Part shown: piece after piece, positions 8,622-16,726 of the stretch
Layout of the letters: each line of letters opens with the position of its first letter
Numbering within the stretch: position 1 is the stretch's first letter
From: Candidatus Moranbacteria bacterium CG_4_8_14_3_um_filter_34_16
Lineage (GTDB): Bacteria > Patescibacteriota > Minisyncoccia > Moranbacterales > UBA2206
Reading direction: 5' to 3'
Assembly (NCBI GenBank): GCA_002782345.1
Contig: PFHO01000019.1
Location: 1 to 24,339, forward strand
Length of the DNA: 24,339 nucleotides
Translations under genes and position numbers: made by a program
Notes under the pieces: generated by a model
What the model was told of the DNA's origin: nothing
Database searches by the model: none
What the model saw: the letters and a program-made list of their open reading frames with translations, nothing else

Positions 8622-8809
8622 AACCCATTCTTCACTTCGTTCAGAATGTAATTTCTAATTTTCAATTTACAATTTTCAAATAAATTCTAATCTCAAATTT
8701 TTAGAAATTGAAACATTGAGAATTATTTATAAAATTAAAAATTTTAAATTAAAAAATTTGTAAAGTTTATTTTAATGGCAAAATTTCTGGATAAAGTGAA
8801 GAATGGGTT
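8622..8809 (+). other. Insert/expansion in 23S helix 9 (188 nt versus ~18 nt in E. coli)
   Basis: Perfect 16-bp basal stem AACCCATTCTTCACTT / AAGTGAAGAATGGGTT, lying between GGGGCAACCC and ATATTAACTGAATTCATAGG; AT-rich heptamer core. Confidence 0.93.
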
Positions 8810-8933
8810 AATATTAACTGAATTCATAGGTTAATATAGCGTACCCGGCGAATTGAAACATCTTAGTAGCCGGAGAAAAAGAAAACTAATGTGATTCCCT
8901 AAGTAGTGGCGAGCGAAAGGGGAAAAGTCTAAA

Positions 8934-9113
8934 CCAGCTTCACCTCACTGCGTTCGGTGAAGAATTCTAGATTTTAAATTCTAAATTTTAAATCAAATCT
9001 AAATTTTCAAATGATTGAATTTTAAAAATTTGTTCATTTGGTCATTGAAAATTCGTTTAAAATTGAAAATTTAAAATTGAAAATTCTGTCCGAGCATAGC
9101 GAGGTGCAGCTGG
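8934..9113 (+). other. Insert/expansion at ~E. coli nt 270 (H15/H16 region), 180 nt
   Basis: CCAGCTTCACCTCACTGCGTTCGG / CCGAGCATAGCGAGGTGCAGCTGG stem between AAACC and GGGGTTGCGAGG; AT-rich heptamer core. Confidence 0.9.
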
Positions 9114-9413
9114 GGTTGCGAGGTAATTTTACTCGTTTAATCGGGGCGATGAATTGTTTGTTAGCAGAACGTTTTGGAAAAAACGACCAAAGAAAGTGAA
9201 AGTCTTGTAAGCGAAAACAAACAACATTCGTGAAATTATTCTCAAGTAGGGCGGGACCGGAGAAATCCCGTTTGAATCTGGGGTCACTATAACTCCAAGA
9301 CTAAATATTTTTGATGATCGATAGCGAACAAGTACCGTGAGGGAAAGGTGAAAAGTATCCCGATGAGGGAGATGAAATAGTATCTGAAACCATATGCTAA
9401 CGAAGAGTAGGAG

Positions 9414-9576
9414 CCGTATTTTTCACTAACGTCCAGAATAAATTTTTAATTTCCAATTTTTAATTTTATAAATAATTTTTAATGTTTTGATTTTATAAAC
9501 ATTAGAAATTAGAAAATTATTTAAAAATTGTAAAAATTAAAAATTATAAAATTCGGAGCGTAAGTGAAGAATACGG
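9414..9576 (+). other. Insert/expansion in 23S helix 25, 163 nt
   Basis: CCGTATTTTTCACT / AGTGAAGAATACGG stem between GTAGGAG and TGACTGCGTGCTTTTTGTA. Confidence 0.93.
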
Positions 9577-10191
9577 TGACTGCGTGCTTTTTGTAGAACG
9601 ATCCAGCGAGTTAGTTTTATACGGCTTGCTTAATCCGTTAATAGCGGAGGAGGCGTAGTGAAAGCGAGCCTTAACCGGCGATTTGTCGTATGGACTAGAC
9701 CCGAAGCCAGGCGAGCTATTTATGAGCAGGGTGAATCTTGAGTAACATCAAGAGGAGGCCCGAACCCACCGGCCGTGCAACACCGGGGGATGACTTGTGA
9801 ATAGAGGAGAAATTCCAATCGAGCTTGGCGATAGCTGGTTCTTCCCGAAATAGCTTGAGGGCTAGCGTTAGGTAACTATCTGTCGGAGGTAGAGCGACTG
9901 AATGAGAATTCGCGGTTCGCCGTAGGTTTCTCAACCAAACTCCGAATTCCGTCAGAACTATCCTAGCAGTCAGAAATCCGGGGCTAAGCTCGGATCTCAA
10001 AAGGGGAAAAGCCCATGATCGCAATCTAAGGTCCCTAATTTATGTTAAGTGGAAAAGGAAGTAAGATTTCTTATACAGCTAGGAGGTTGGCTCAGAGGCA
10101 GCCATCCTTTAAAGAGTGCGTAATAGCTCACTAGTCTAGAGATTTCGCGCCGAAAATGTAACGGGGCTAAAACATAATACCGAAGATGCGG

Positions 10192-10362
10192 GCTACTATT
10201 CTTCACTAACGTTCAGAATGAAATTTTAAAGACTAAATTTAAAATTTTAAATCAAGTCTAAATGAATAAATTTTTAAAATTTAAACATTGGGAAATTTAA
10301 AATTCAATTAAAATTTATAATTTAAAATTGAAAATTTCCGAGCGATAGCGAAGGATGGTAGC
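10192..10362 (+). other. Insert/expansion in 23S helix 45, 171 nt
   Basis: GCTACTATTCTTCACT / AGCGAAGGATGGTAGC stem between CCGAAGATGCGG and GGTAGGGAAGCGTTC. Confidence 0.93.
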
Positions 10363-10881
10363 GGTAGGGAAGCGTTCCATATGCGCTGAAGCGGAATGCG
10401 TGAGCAACCGTGGAGTTTATGGAAGTGAGAATGCTGGAATTAGTAACCGCAATTGGGGTGAGAACCCCCGACACCGAAAGTCTAAGGTTTCCTGGGCAAT
10501 GGCAATCATCTCAGGGTTAGTCGGGCCTAAGGCGAGGCCGAAAGGCGTAGTCGATGGACACACGGTTAATACTCCGTGGCTTTCACGTTATTCGATGGAG
10601 TGACGCATCCTAGTAGTTCTTGCCAATTATTGGATTTTGGTAGGGATATTTAGATGGCGAGACAGGTAAATCCGTTTCGCAATACATCAAGATATTTCTC
10701 TAATTTGTCTTCGGACAGAAAAGAAGAATGAGCAGGGTGCCGGGAAAAGCTTCTAAGATTAGTAGCGTGAGAACCGTACTAAAACCGACACAGGTAGACT
10801 GGGCGAGTAGCCTAAGGTGAACGAGTGAACCTTCGTTAAGGAACTCGGCAAAATAGCGTCCGTAACTTAGGAATAAGGACT

Positions 10882-10967
10882 GCCCGCCGTGTATAGCACA
10901 GAGATTCTAAATTTCAGAAAAATAATTAAAATATAAATTTGGAATTCCCGTGCTATGCGTGGTGGGC
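10882..10967 (+). other. Extended 23S helix 63 with a short AT-rich tip (86 nt)
   Basis: GCCCGCCGTGTATAGCAC / GTGCTATGCGTGGTGGGC stem capped by GATTCTAAATTT...AAATTTGGAATT (about 10903-10947). Confidence 0.8.
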
Positions 10968-11416
10968 CGCAGCTAAAGATATCAAGCGACTGTTTACCAA
11001 AAACACAGGTCTCTGCAAACCCGCAAGGGGATGTATAGGGGCTGACGCCTGACCAGTGCTGGAACGTTAACGGGAGCGGTGCAAGCCAATCCCCGAAGCG
11101 CCAGTGAACGTCAGCGATAACTATAATCGTTCTAAGGTAGCGAAATTCCTTGACAGGTAAGTTCTGTCCCGCATCAAAGGCGTAACGACTTGATAACTGT
11201 CTTAACGAAGAGCTCGGTGAAATTGCAATGACGGTAAAGATGCCGTCGACCTGCAGCAAGACGAAAAGACCCCGTGGAGCTTTACTACAACTTGGTATTG
11301 AGTTTGAGATTATACTGCCTAGAATAGGTGGGAGGCTTTGAAGTTCGTCTTTTGGGATGAACTGAGCCAATAGTGTAATACCACTCTGGATAGTTTTAAA
11401 TTCTAACCCTGGACCG

Positions 11417-11558
11417 TTAAAAGGCAAAAAATTTTCAATTTTCAATTCACGATTTTAAAACAATTTCTAATGATTAAATTTTTTAATTTTAAAATCATTT
11501 AGAAATTGAAAATTGTTTAGAAATTGAAAATTAAAAATTAGAAATTTTTGTTTTTTAC
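11417..11558 (+). other. Insert/expansion in 23S helix 79, ~142 nt
   Basis: Lies within the CCCTGGACCG / CGGTTCGGGG stem preceding GACAGTGCCTGGTGGGTAGTTTGACTGGGG; clearest heptamer array (AATTTTC repeats ... TTAGAAA/TTGAAAA repeats). Confidence 0.93.
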
Positions 11559-11580
11559 CGGTTCGGGGACAGTGCCTGGT

Positions 11581-11626
<46 letters not shown>

Positions 11627-11774
11627 TTTACAAAGGTAGGCTAGGTCCGGATGGAAATCGGGCTGGTAGTGCAAACGCGCAAGCCTGCTTTACTGCGAGA
11701 CTCATAAGTCAATCAGTCACGAAAGTGGAAGTTAGTGAACCGACCATCGCTTATAGGAGCGTGGAAGATCATCA

Positions 11775-11807
<33 letters not shown>

Positions 11808-11832
11808 CCTCCCAAGAGTTCACATCGACGGA

Positions 11833-11893
<61 letters not shown>

Positions 11894-12134
11894 TGGCTGT
11901 TCGCCAATTAAAGTGGTACGCGAGCTGGGTTCAAACCGTCGTGAGACAGGTTGGTCTCCTATCTGCTGTAGGCGTTTATTGCTTGAGAGGATTCTTTCCT
12001 AGTACGAGAGGACCGGAAAGAACAAACCTCTGGTGTACCAGCTGTGGCGCCAGCCGCATTGCTGGGTAGCTAAGTTTGGAAGGGATAACCGCTGAAAGCA
12101 TATAAGCGGGAAGCCCACCTCAAGATTAGGCAAT

Positions 12135-12307
12135 GTCGTGCGAAGCGCGAAAATCCCAATAACCAAAAAACAATAACCAAACAAATTACAATAACTGAAA
12201 TTCAAAATTTCAAACATAATTAAAAAAGTTTGAGATTTGAAAATTGGAATTTGAAATTTATTTGGAATTTGTATCTTGTAATTTGGAATTTACGTGCTTT
12301 GTGCGGC
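12135..12307 (+). other. Insert/expansion in 23S helix 98, 173 nt
   Basis: GTCGTGCGAAGCGCG / CGTGCTTTGTGCGGC stem between CTCAAGATTAGG and CTGGAAGATTACCAGGTTGATAGG; TTGGAAT-type heptamer array at 12230-12289. Confidence 0.92.
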
Positions 12308-12420
12308 TGATTTCCTGGAAGATTACCAGGTTGATAGGTCTCAGGTATAAGCGAAGTGATTCGTTGAGCCAAGAGATACTAATAAATCAAACTTTATCTC
12401 TCTTATTTTTCTCGTTTAGT

Positions 12421-12476
12421 ATGGAGCATAGAAACGTAAAATGAAGGATATCTTTGTTTTGCGTTTCGTGCTTCAT
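12421..12476 (+). other. Pre-rRNA trailer hairpin
   Basis: ATGGAGCA..GAAACGTAAAA / TTTTGCGTTTC..TGCTTCAT. Confidence 0.7.
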
Positions 12477-12485
12477 AAATTTGCG

Positions 12486-12512
12486 AGTCGGTTAGTGGTT
12501 AGCAGTAGCTAA
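12486..12512 (+). other. 3' arm of the 23S processing stem
   Basis: Complementary to 8420-8447. Confidence 0.85.
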
Positions 12513-12691
12513 TATACGCTTAAGGCAGGAAAGAATTCTTTCCTCCCCAAAGGCGTTTATAATTTATGAAAAATTATAAGGAAAGTTTTCAATTTATTTT
12601 TACGATTTTTTCCGTTATATCAGTTGCTATCGTTTTTTTTATGTTTTTTTCTCCTGTTATGAAAGTGTTTTAAGTTATTTTTGAACGCATT

Positions 12692-12857
12692 GTTTCCGGT
12701 GCTTCTAGCGGTGAGGAAACACGCGATCCCATTCCGAACTCGTTCGTTAAGCTTGCCAGCCCCGATGGTAGCCCGCTCAAATTTTTTAAAATGTTTAGAG
12801 AGATTTCCAAGATTTTGAAGAATTTGAGCGGGTAAGAGTAGGACAGTGCCGGGAACA
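12692..12857 (+). rRNA. rrf: 5S rRNA gene with enlarged helix IV (~165 nt)
   Basis: CCGGT..TAGCGGTGAGGAAACACGCGATCCCATTCCGAACTCG..GTTAAG..CCGATGGTAG ... AAGAGTAGGACAGTGCCGG. Helix I pairing between 12687-12699 and 12849-12861. Ends approximate. Confidence 0.95.
12771..12833 (+). other. Expanded 5S helix IV/loop D (63 nt versus ~19 nt in E. coli)
   Basis: GCCCGCTCAAATTTTTTAAAAT / ATTTTGAAGAATTTGAGCGGGT stem, sitting between GATGGTA and AAGAGTAGG. Confidence 0.92.
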
Positions 12858-13210
12858 ATGCATTCAATTTTTTCTTAAAAAGAGTTGAAAAGTCAAAAAC
12901 TTTTTTGTCTTTTTATTTTTTCAAAATCTGATATCATTTTTTTGTTTTACGAAAACATTTTTCGGGATGTGAAAACATTTTTCATTTTGCTTTTCGCGTT
13001 AAGCATATAAAATCAAGGAGTTATTTGTTTGGTGAAAAATTATTGGAGGATGATTGAGGAAGTTGAAATTAAATTTTCATAATTTTTTGAAAAATTTTTA
13101 AGTATTATAATCTTGAGTGTTGTTTTAATTTATTTTTCTTACAATTTTTATATACAGAATATGTTTGTATTTATTGAATCATTTTTTTTAAAAAAGATTT
13201 AAAACTTTTT

Positions 13211-15001
13211 ATGGAAATAAGAAATATCGCTATTATTGCTCATGTTGATCATGGAAAAACCACAATCACGGATGCGATTATGCGTCAAACTGGAGCGGTT
13301 TTGGAAGAAGATGCTGGCAGTATGGATAACAATGATTTGGAAAAAGAAAGAGGAATAACCATCTACTCCAAAAATACCAGTGTTTTTTACAAAAACACCA
13401 AAATAAACATCGTGGACACACCAGGGCACGCTGATTTTGGATCGGAAGTGGAAAGAGTTTTACGTTCTATTGATAGCGTTATTTTAGTTGTGGACGCACA
13501 AGAAGGACCGATGTCTCAAACTCGTTTTGTGCTCAAAAAATCTTTGGAATTAGGTCTTAAACCGATTGTGGTTCTTAATAAAATTGATAAACCGGCGGCT
13601 GATCCGGATATGGCACAAGAGAAAGTATTTGAACTTTTTTTAGATTTGGGTGCGACAGACGAGCAACTTGATTTTACAACTATTTACGCGATTGGAAAAC
13701 AAGGAATCGCGAAAAAAAGTCTGCAAAACGAATCTGCGGATTTATCTCCGCTTTTGGATACAATTTTGGAAAAAGTTGAGCCGGCTTGCGGAAACAAAAA
13801 TTCTCCTCTCACAGCACAACCTTTTAATTTAGGATATGATAATTTTTTAGGGCGATTGGCGGTGGCGAGAATTTATGATGGAACGGTAAAAGTGGGACAA
13901 AGTTTGTGGGTGAAAAAAACAAATGGAGAGGTGTTGCCGGCAAAAGTTACCAAACTTTTCACTTTTCGCGGGACTGTTAGGCAAGAAACGCAAGAGGCTT
14001 TAGCGGGAGATATTGTAATGATTGCCGGATTGGGCGCGATTGAAATTGGAGAAACTATTTGCGAAGATAAAGAGCAAAAAACACTTCCGACAATTTCCAT
14101 TGATGAACCAACTATTACTCTTCGCTTTTTAATCAACGATTCTCCTTTTGCCGGGCGAGAAGGAAAATTTGTTACTGGAAAACAATTGCGAGAACGTTTG
14201 GAAAAAGAATTGGAAATAAATATAGGGCTTAAAATTGATTTTAGTTCTTCTGAATTTTTCAGTGTTTCCGGTCGCGGAGAACTTCATATTGCCATACTTT
14301 TGGAAAATATGCGCAGGGAAGGATATGAAATTCAGGTTTCCCAACCCCAAGTGATTATCAAAAAAACAGGAGAAGAAAAAATGGAACCTTTTGAAGAAGT
14401 AACTGTGGATGTTCCGATGGAAATGGCCGGAGGGATAATTGAAACTTTAGGGAAAAGGAAAGGAATTATGATTGATATGCAATCGCATGGTTCTCAAACC
14501 AGAATGATTTTTGAAATTCCAACACGCGGACTTTTGGGATATAGAGGACAATTTATGGTGGATACCAAAGGAGAAGGGATTTTATGTTCTCGCGTTATCG
14601 GTTTTCGTTCTTTTGTTGGAGAGATAAAAAAACGTCAAACCGGATCTATGGTTTCTATGGCTTCTGGGAAAGCGTTGGGATTTTCTTTAGCCAATCTTCA
14701 AGAAAGAGGCGCTTTATATATTGGACCAGGAGCGGAAGTTTATGAAGGTATGGTTATTGGTAATACTGCCAAAGGAATGGATATGTCAGTTAATCCGATA
14801 AAAGGAAAACAACTTTCCAATATGCGTTCTTCAGGAGCAGATGAAGCTATCCAACTTACTCCTCCAATGAAACTTTCCATTGAAAGAGGATTGGAAATTA
14901 TGGCGGGAGATGAATATATGGAAATCACTCCCAACTCAATGCGATTAAGAAAAAAATATCTTAACGAAGTGGAAAGAAATAGAATGTCGCGGAAAAAATA
15001 A
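13211..15001 (+). CDS. typA: Translational GTPase TypA/BipA
   Basis: [65 protein letters not shown]-terminal [15 protein letters not shown]. Confidence 0.97.
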   Translation: MEIRNIAIIAHVDHGKTTITDAIMRQTGAVLEEDAGSMDNNDLEKERGITIYSKNTSVFYKNTKINIVDTPGHADFGSEVERVLRSIDSVILVVDAQEGPMSQTRFVLKKSLELGLKPIVVLNKIDKPAADPDMAQEKVFELFLDLGATDEQLDFTTIYAIGKQGIAKKSLQNESADLSPLLDTILEKVEPACGNKNSPLTAQPFNLGYDNFLGRLAVARIYDGTVKVGQSLWVKKTNGEVLPAKVTKLFTFRGTVRQETQEALAGDIVMIAGLGAIEIGETICEDKEQKTLPTISIDEPTITLRFLINDSPFAGREGKFVTGKQLRERLEKELEINIGLKIDFSSSEFFSVSGRGELHIAILLENMRREGYEIQVSQPQVIIKKTGEEKMEPFEEVTVDVPMEMAGGIIETLGKRKGIMIDMQSHGSQTRMIFEIPTRGLLGYRGQFMVDTKGEGILCSRVIGFRSFVGEIKKRQTGSMVSMASGKALGFSLANLQERGALYIGPGAEVYEGMVIGNTAKGMDMSVNPIKGKQLSNMRSSGADEAIQLTPPMKLSIERGLEIMAGDEYMEITPNSMRLRKKYLNEVERNRMSRKK

Positions 15002-15034
15002 TTTTTCTTTTTTAACTTGAAAAAGTTTAGAAGT

Positions 15035-15043
15035 TGTGGATAA
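15035..15043 (-). promoter_or_regulatory. Consensus DnaA box
   Basis: TGTGGATAA, the reverse complement of TTATCCACA, ~60 bp upstream of the mraZ promoter. Confidence 0.5.
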
Positions 15044-15103
15044 CTTTTTTTAAAATGGCTTATAAAAGCTATTTTTTTTTGTAAAAATTTTTTTAAATGT
15101 GAT

Positions 15104-15132
15104 TTGACTAATGGTAAATAGTGGATTAGAAT
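15104..15132 (+). promoter_or_regulatory. sigma70 promoter of the mraZ/dcw operon
   Basis: TTGACT(15104-15109)-17 bp-TAGAAT(15127-15132). Confidence 0.75.
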
Positions 15133-15140
15133 ATAGTTAA

Positions 15141-15170
15141 AGTAGAGTTAAGTGGAGTAAAGTGGTAAAT
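15141..15170 (+). promoter_or_regulatory. MraZ autoregulatory binding repeats
   Basis: 10-bp-periodic AGTAGAGTTA / AGTGGAGTAA / AGTGGTAAAT, plus AGTGG at 15120; matches the GTGG-N6 repeats known upstream of mraZ. Confidence 0.8.
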
Positions 15171-15181
15171 TTTCTTGTGTT

Positions 15182-15616
15182 ATGTTTATTGGAGAGTTTC
15201 AACATTCAATTGATCCTAAAAAAAGATTGGCTGTGCCGAGTAAGTTTCGCGGAGAACTGAAAAGTGGGGTGGTGATTACTCGCGGAATGGATAAATGTTT
15301 GTTTCTTTATCCAGTGAAAGTTTGGAAAAATTTGGCGGAAAAATTAGGAACATTGCCGATGGGGGAAGCCAACACTAGAAGTTTTGTGAGAATTATGTTG
15401 GCGGGAGCGGTAGATTGTGAAATTGACAAACAAGGAAGAATTTTAATTCCAGATTATTTGAAAGAATATGCGTCTCTTTCCAAGAATGTGGTGATTGCGG
15501 GTTTGTATAATCGTTTGGAAATTTGGGACGAAAATAAATGGGAAGAATATAAAAAGAAAGCGGAAAAAAATACCGATGAAATTGCCGAACAGTTGGGGAA
15601 GCTTGGAGTATATTAA
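15182..15616 (+). CDS. mraZ: Division/cell wall cluster transcriptional repressor MraZ
   Basis: MFIGEFQHSIDPKKRLAVP and IDKQGRILIP duplicated AbrB-like motifs; LEIWD. Confidence 0.97.
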   Translation: MFIGEFQHSIDPKKRLAVPSKFRGELKSGVVITRGMDKCLFLYPVKVWKNLAEKLGTLPMGEANTRSFVRIMLAGAVDCEIDKQGRILIPDYLKEYASLSKNVVIAGLYNRLEIWDENKWEEYKKKAEKNTDEIAEQLGKLGVY

Positions 15617-15618
15617 TA

Positions 15619-15704
15619 AATTTTCAATTTTTAAATAATTTTAAATTTTTTTAAATTAAAATTTGAATCATTGGAAATTGTTTGAAAATTAAAAATTGAA
15701 AATT
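15619..15704. repeat. Palindromic heptamer-repeat element, same family as the rRNA insert cores
   Basis: Perfect 16-bp inverted repeat AATTTTCAATTTTTAA / TTAAAAATTGAAAATT. Right arm TTGGAAA-TTGT-TTGAAAA-TTAAAAA-TTGAAAA parallels the H79 insert. Confidence 0.85.
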
Positions 15705-16658
15705 ATGAATTCCAAAGAAATGTCTATTCATAAATCAGTTTTGTTAAAAGAAGTCATTGAAGTTTTGGATATAGAAAAAAATGATATTGTTGTTGACGCA
15801 ACTTTAGGAGGAGGAGGACATAGCTTGGAGATATTGAAAAAGATAGAAAAGGGCGGTCAGCTGATAGCATTTGACGCGGATAGAGAAGCGGTAGAAAGAT
15901 TTGATTTAAAATTAAAAAATGAAAATTTGAAAATTGGAAAGAAAATTTTTTTGGTTAATGAAAACTTTGCGAAGTTGAAGGATGTTTTGTCAAATTTGAA
16001 AATTGATAAGGTGAGCGCGATTTTGGCCGATTTGGGCTGGTCGTCAGATCAATTGATTGGGAAAGGGATTAGTTTTCAAAAAGACGAAAGATTGGATATG
16101 CGACTGAATAAAAATCAAAAATTAACAGCCTATGCGGTGGTTAATCAATATCCAAGAGAAAAATTAAAAAGAGTAATTGAAAAATATGGTGAGGAACGAT
16201 TTGCCGGACGGATCGCCTTTTCAATAATAAAAAGAAGAACAGAGAAAAAAATTGAAACAACCAAGGATTTGGCGGAAATAATTGAGAAAGTGATTGGGAA
16301 AAGATATCGAAATCAAAAAATAAATTCTGCCACTAGAACATTTCAAGCGTTAAGAATTGAAGTTAATGAAGAATTGGATAATTTGGAAATTTTCTTGCGA
16401 TCGTCTATTGAAAAATTGGAAAAAGAAGGTCGATTGGCAGTCATTTCATTTCACTCATTGGAGGATAGGATAGTCAAAAATATTTTTAGGGAAAATGCAA
16501 GGGGATGCATTTGCCCGAAAAGTTTTCCTGTATGTATTTGTGGAAAAGAACCGATTGTTAAGGTGGTAACTTCAAAACCGATAATCCCGAAAATTTTTGA
16601 AATTGAAAAAAATCCGAGAGCCAGAAGTGCCAAGTTAAGAGTGTGTGAAAAAATATAG
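15705..16658 (+). CDS. rsmH: 16S rRNA (cytosine1402-N4)-methyltransferase
   Basis: HKSVLLKEV, VDATLGGGGHS, ADLGWSS, LDMRL, ATRTFQALRIEVNEEL, ISFHSLEDRIVK, NPRARSAKLR. ATG 15705 or 15720 preferred over TTG 15696, which lies inside the repeat. Confidence 0.97.
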   Translation: MNSKEMSIHKSVLLKEVIEVLDIEKNDIVVDATLGGGGHSLEILKKIEKGGQLIAFDADREAVERFDLKLKNENLKIGKKIFLVNENFAKLKDVLSNLKIDKVSAILADLGWSSDQLIGKGISFQKDERLDMRLNKNQKLTAYAVVNQYPREKLKRVIEKYGEERFAGRIAFSIIKRRTEKKIETTKDLAEIIEKVIGKRYRNQKINSATRTFQALRIEVNEELDNLEIFLRSSIEKLEKEGRLAVISFHSLEDRIVKNIFRENARGCICPKSFPVCICGKEPIVKVVTSKPIIPKIFEIEKNPRARSAKLRVCEKI

Positions 16659-16726
16659 CGACAAAACAAAAATAAAATTTATAAAATTTAATTGCCATAA
16701 GGACTAAACTTAGGGGGCTAAGTTTA

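Noticed and set aside
12404-12691. tRNA or known ncRNA in the 23S-5S spacer
   Set aside because: No cloverleaf or T-loop GTTCRA context; the hairpins present are explained as pre-rRNA processing structures.
15002-15181. Replication origin
   Set aside because: There is only one consensus DnaA box, no dnaA/dnaN context, and the region is explained by the mraZ promoter.
16490-16560. CxC...CxC cysteine motif in RsmH as a novel insertion
   Set aside because: A GCICP..FPVCICG-type loop is a known common variant of RsmH in many phyla.
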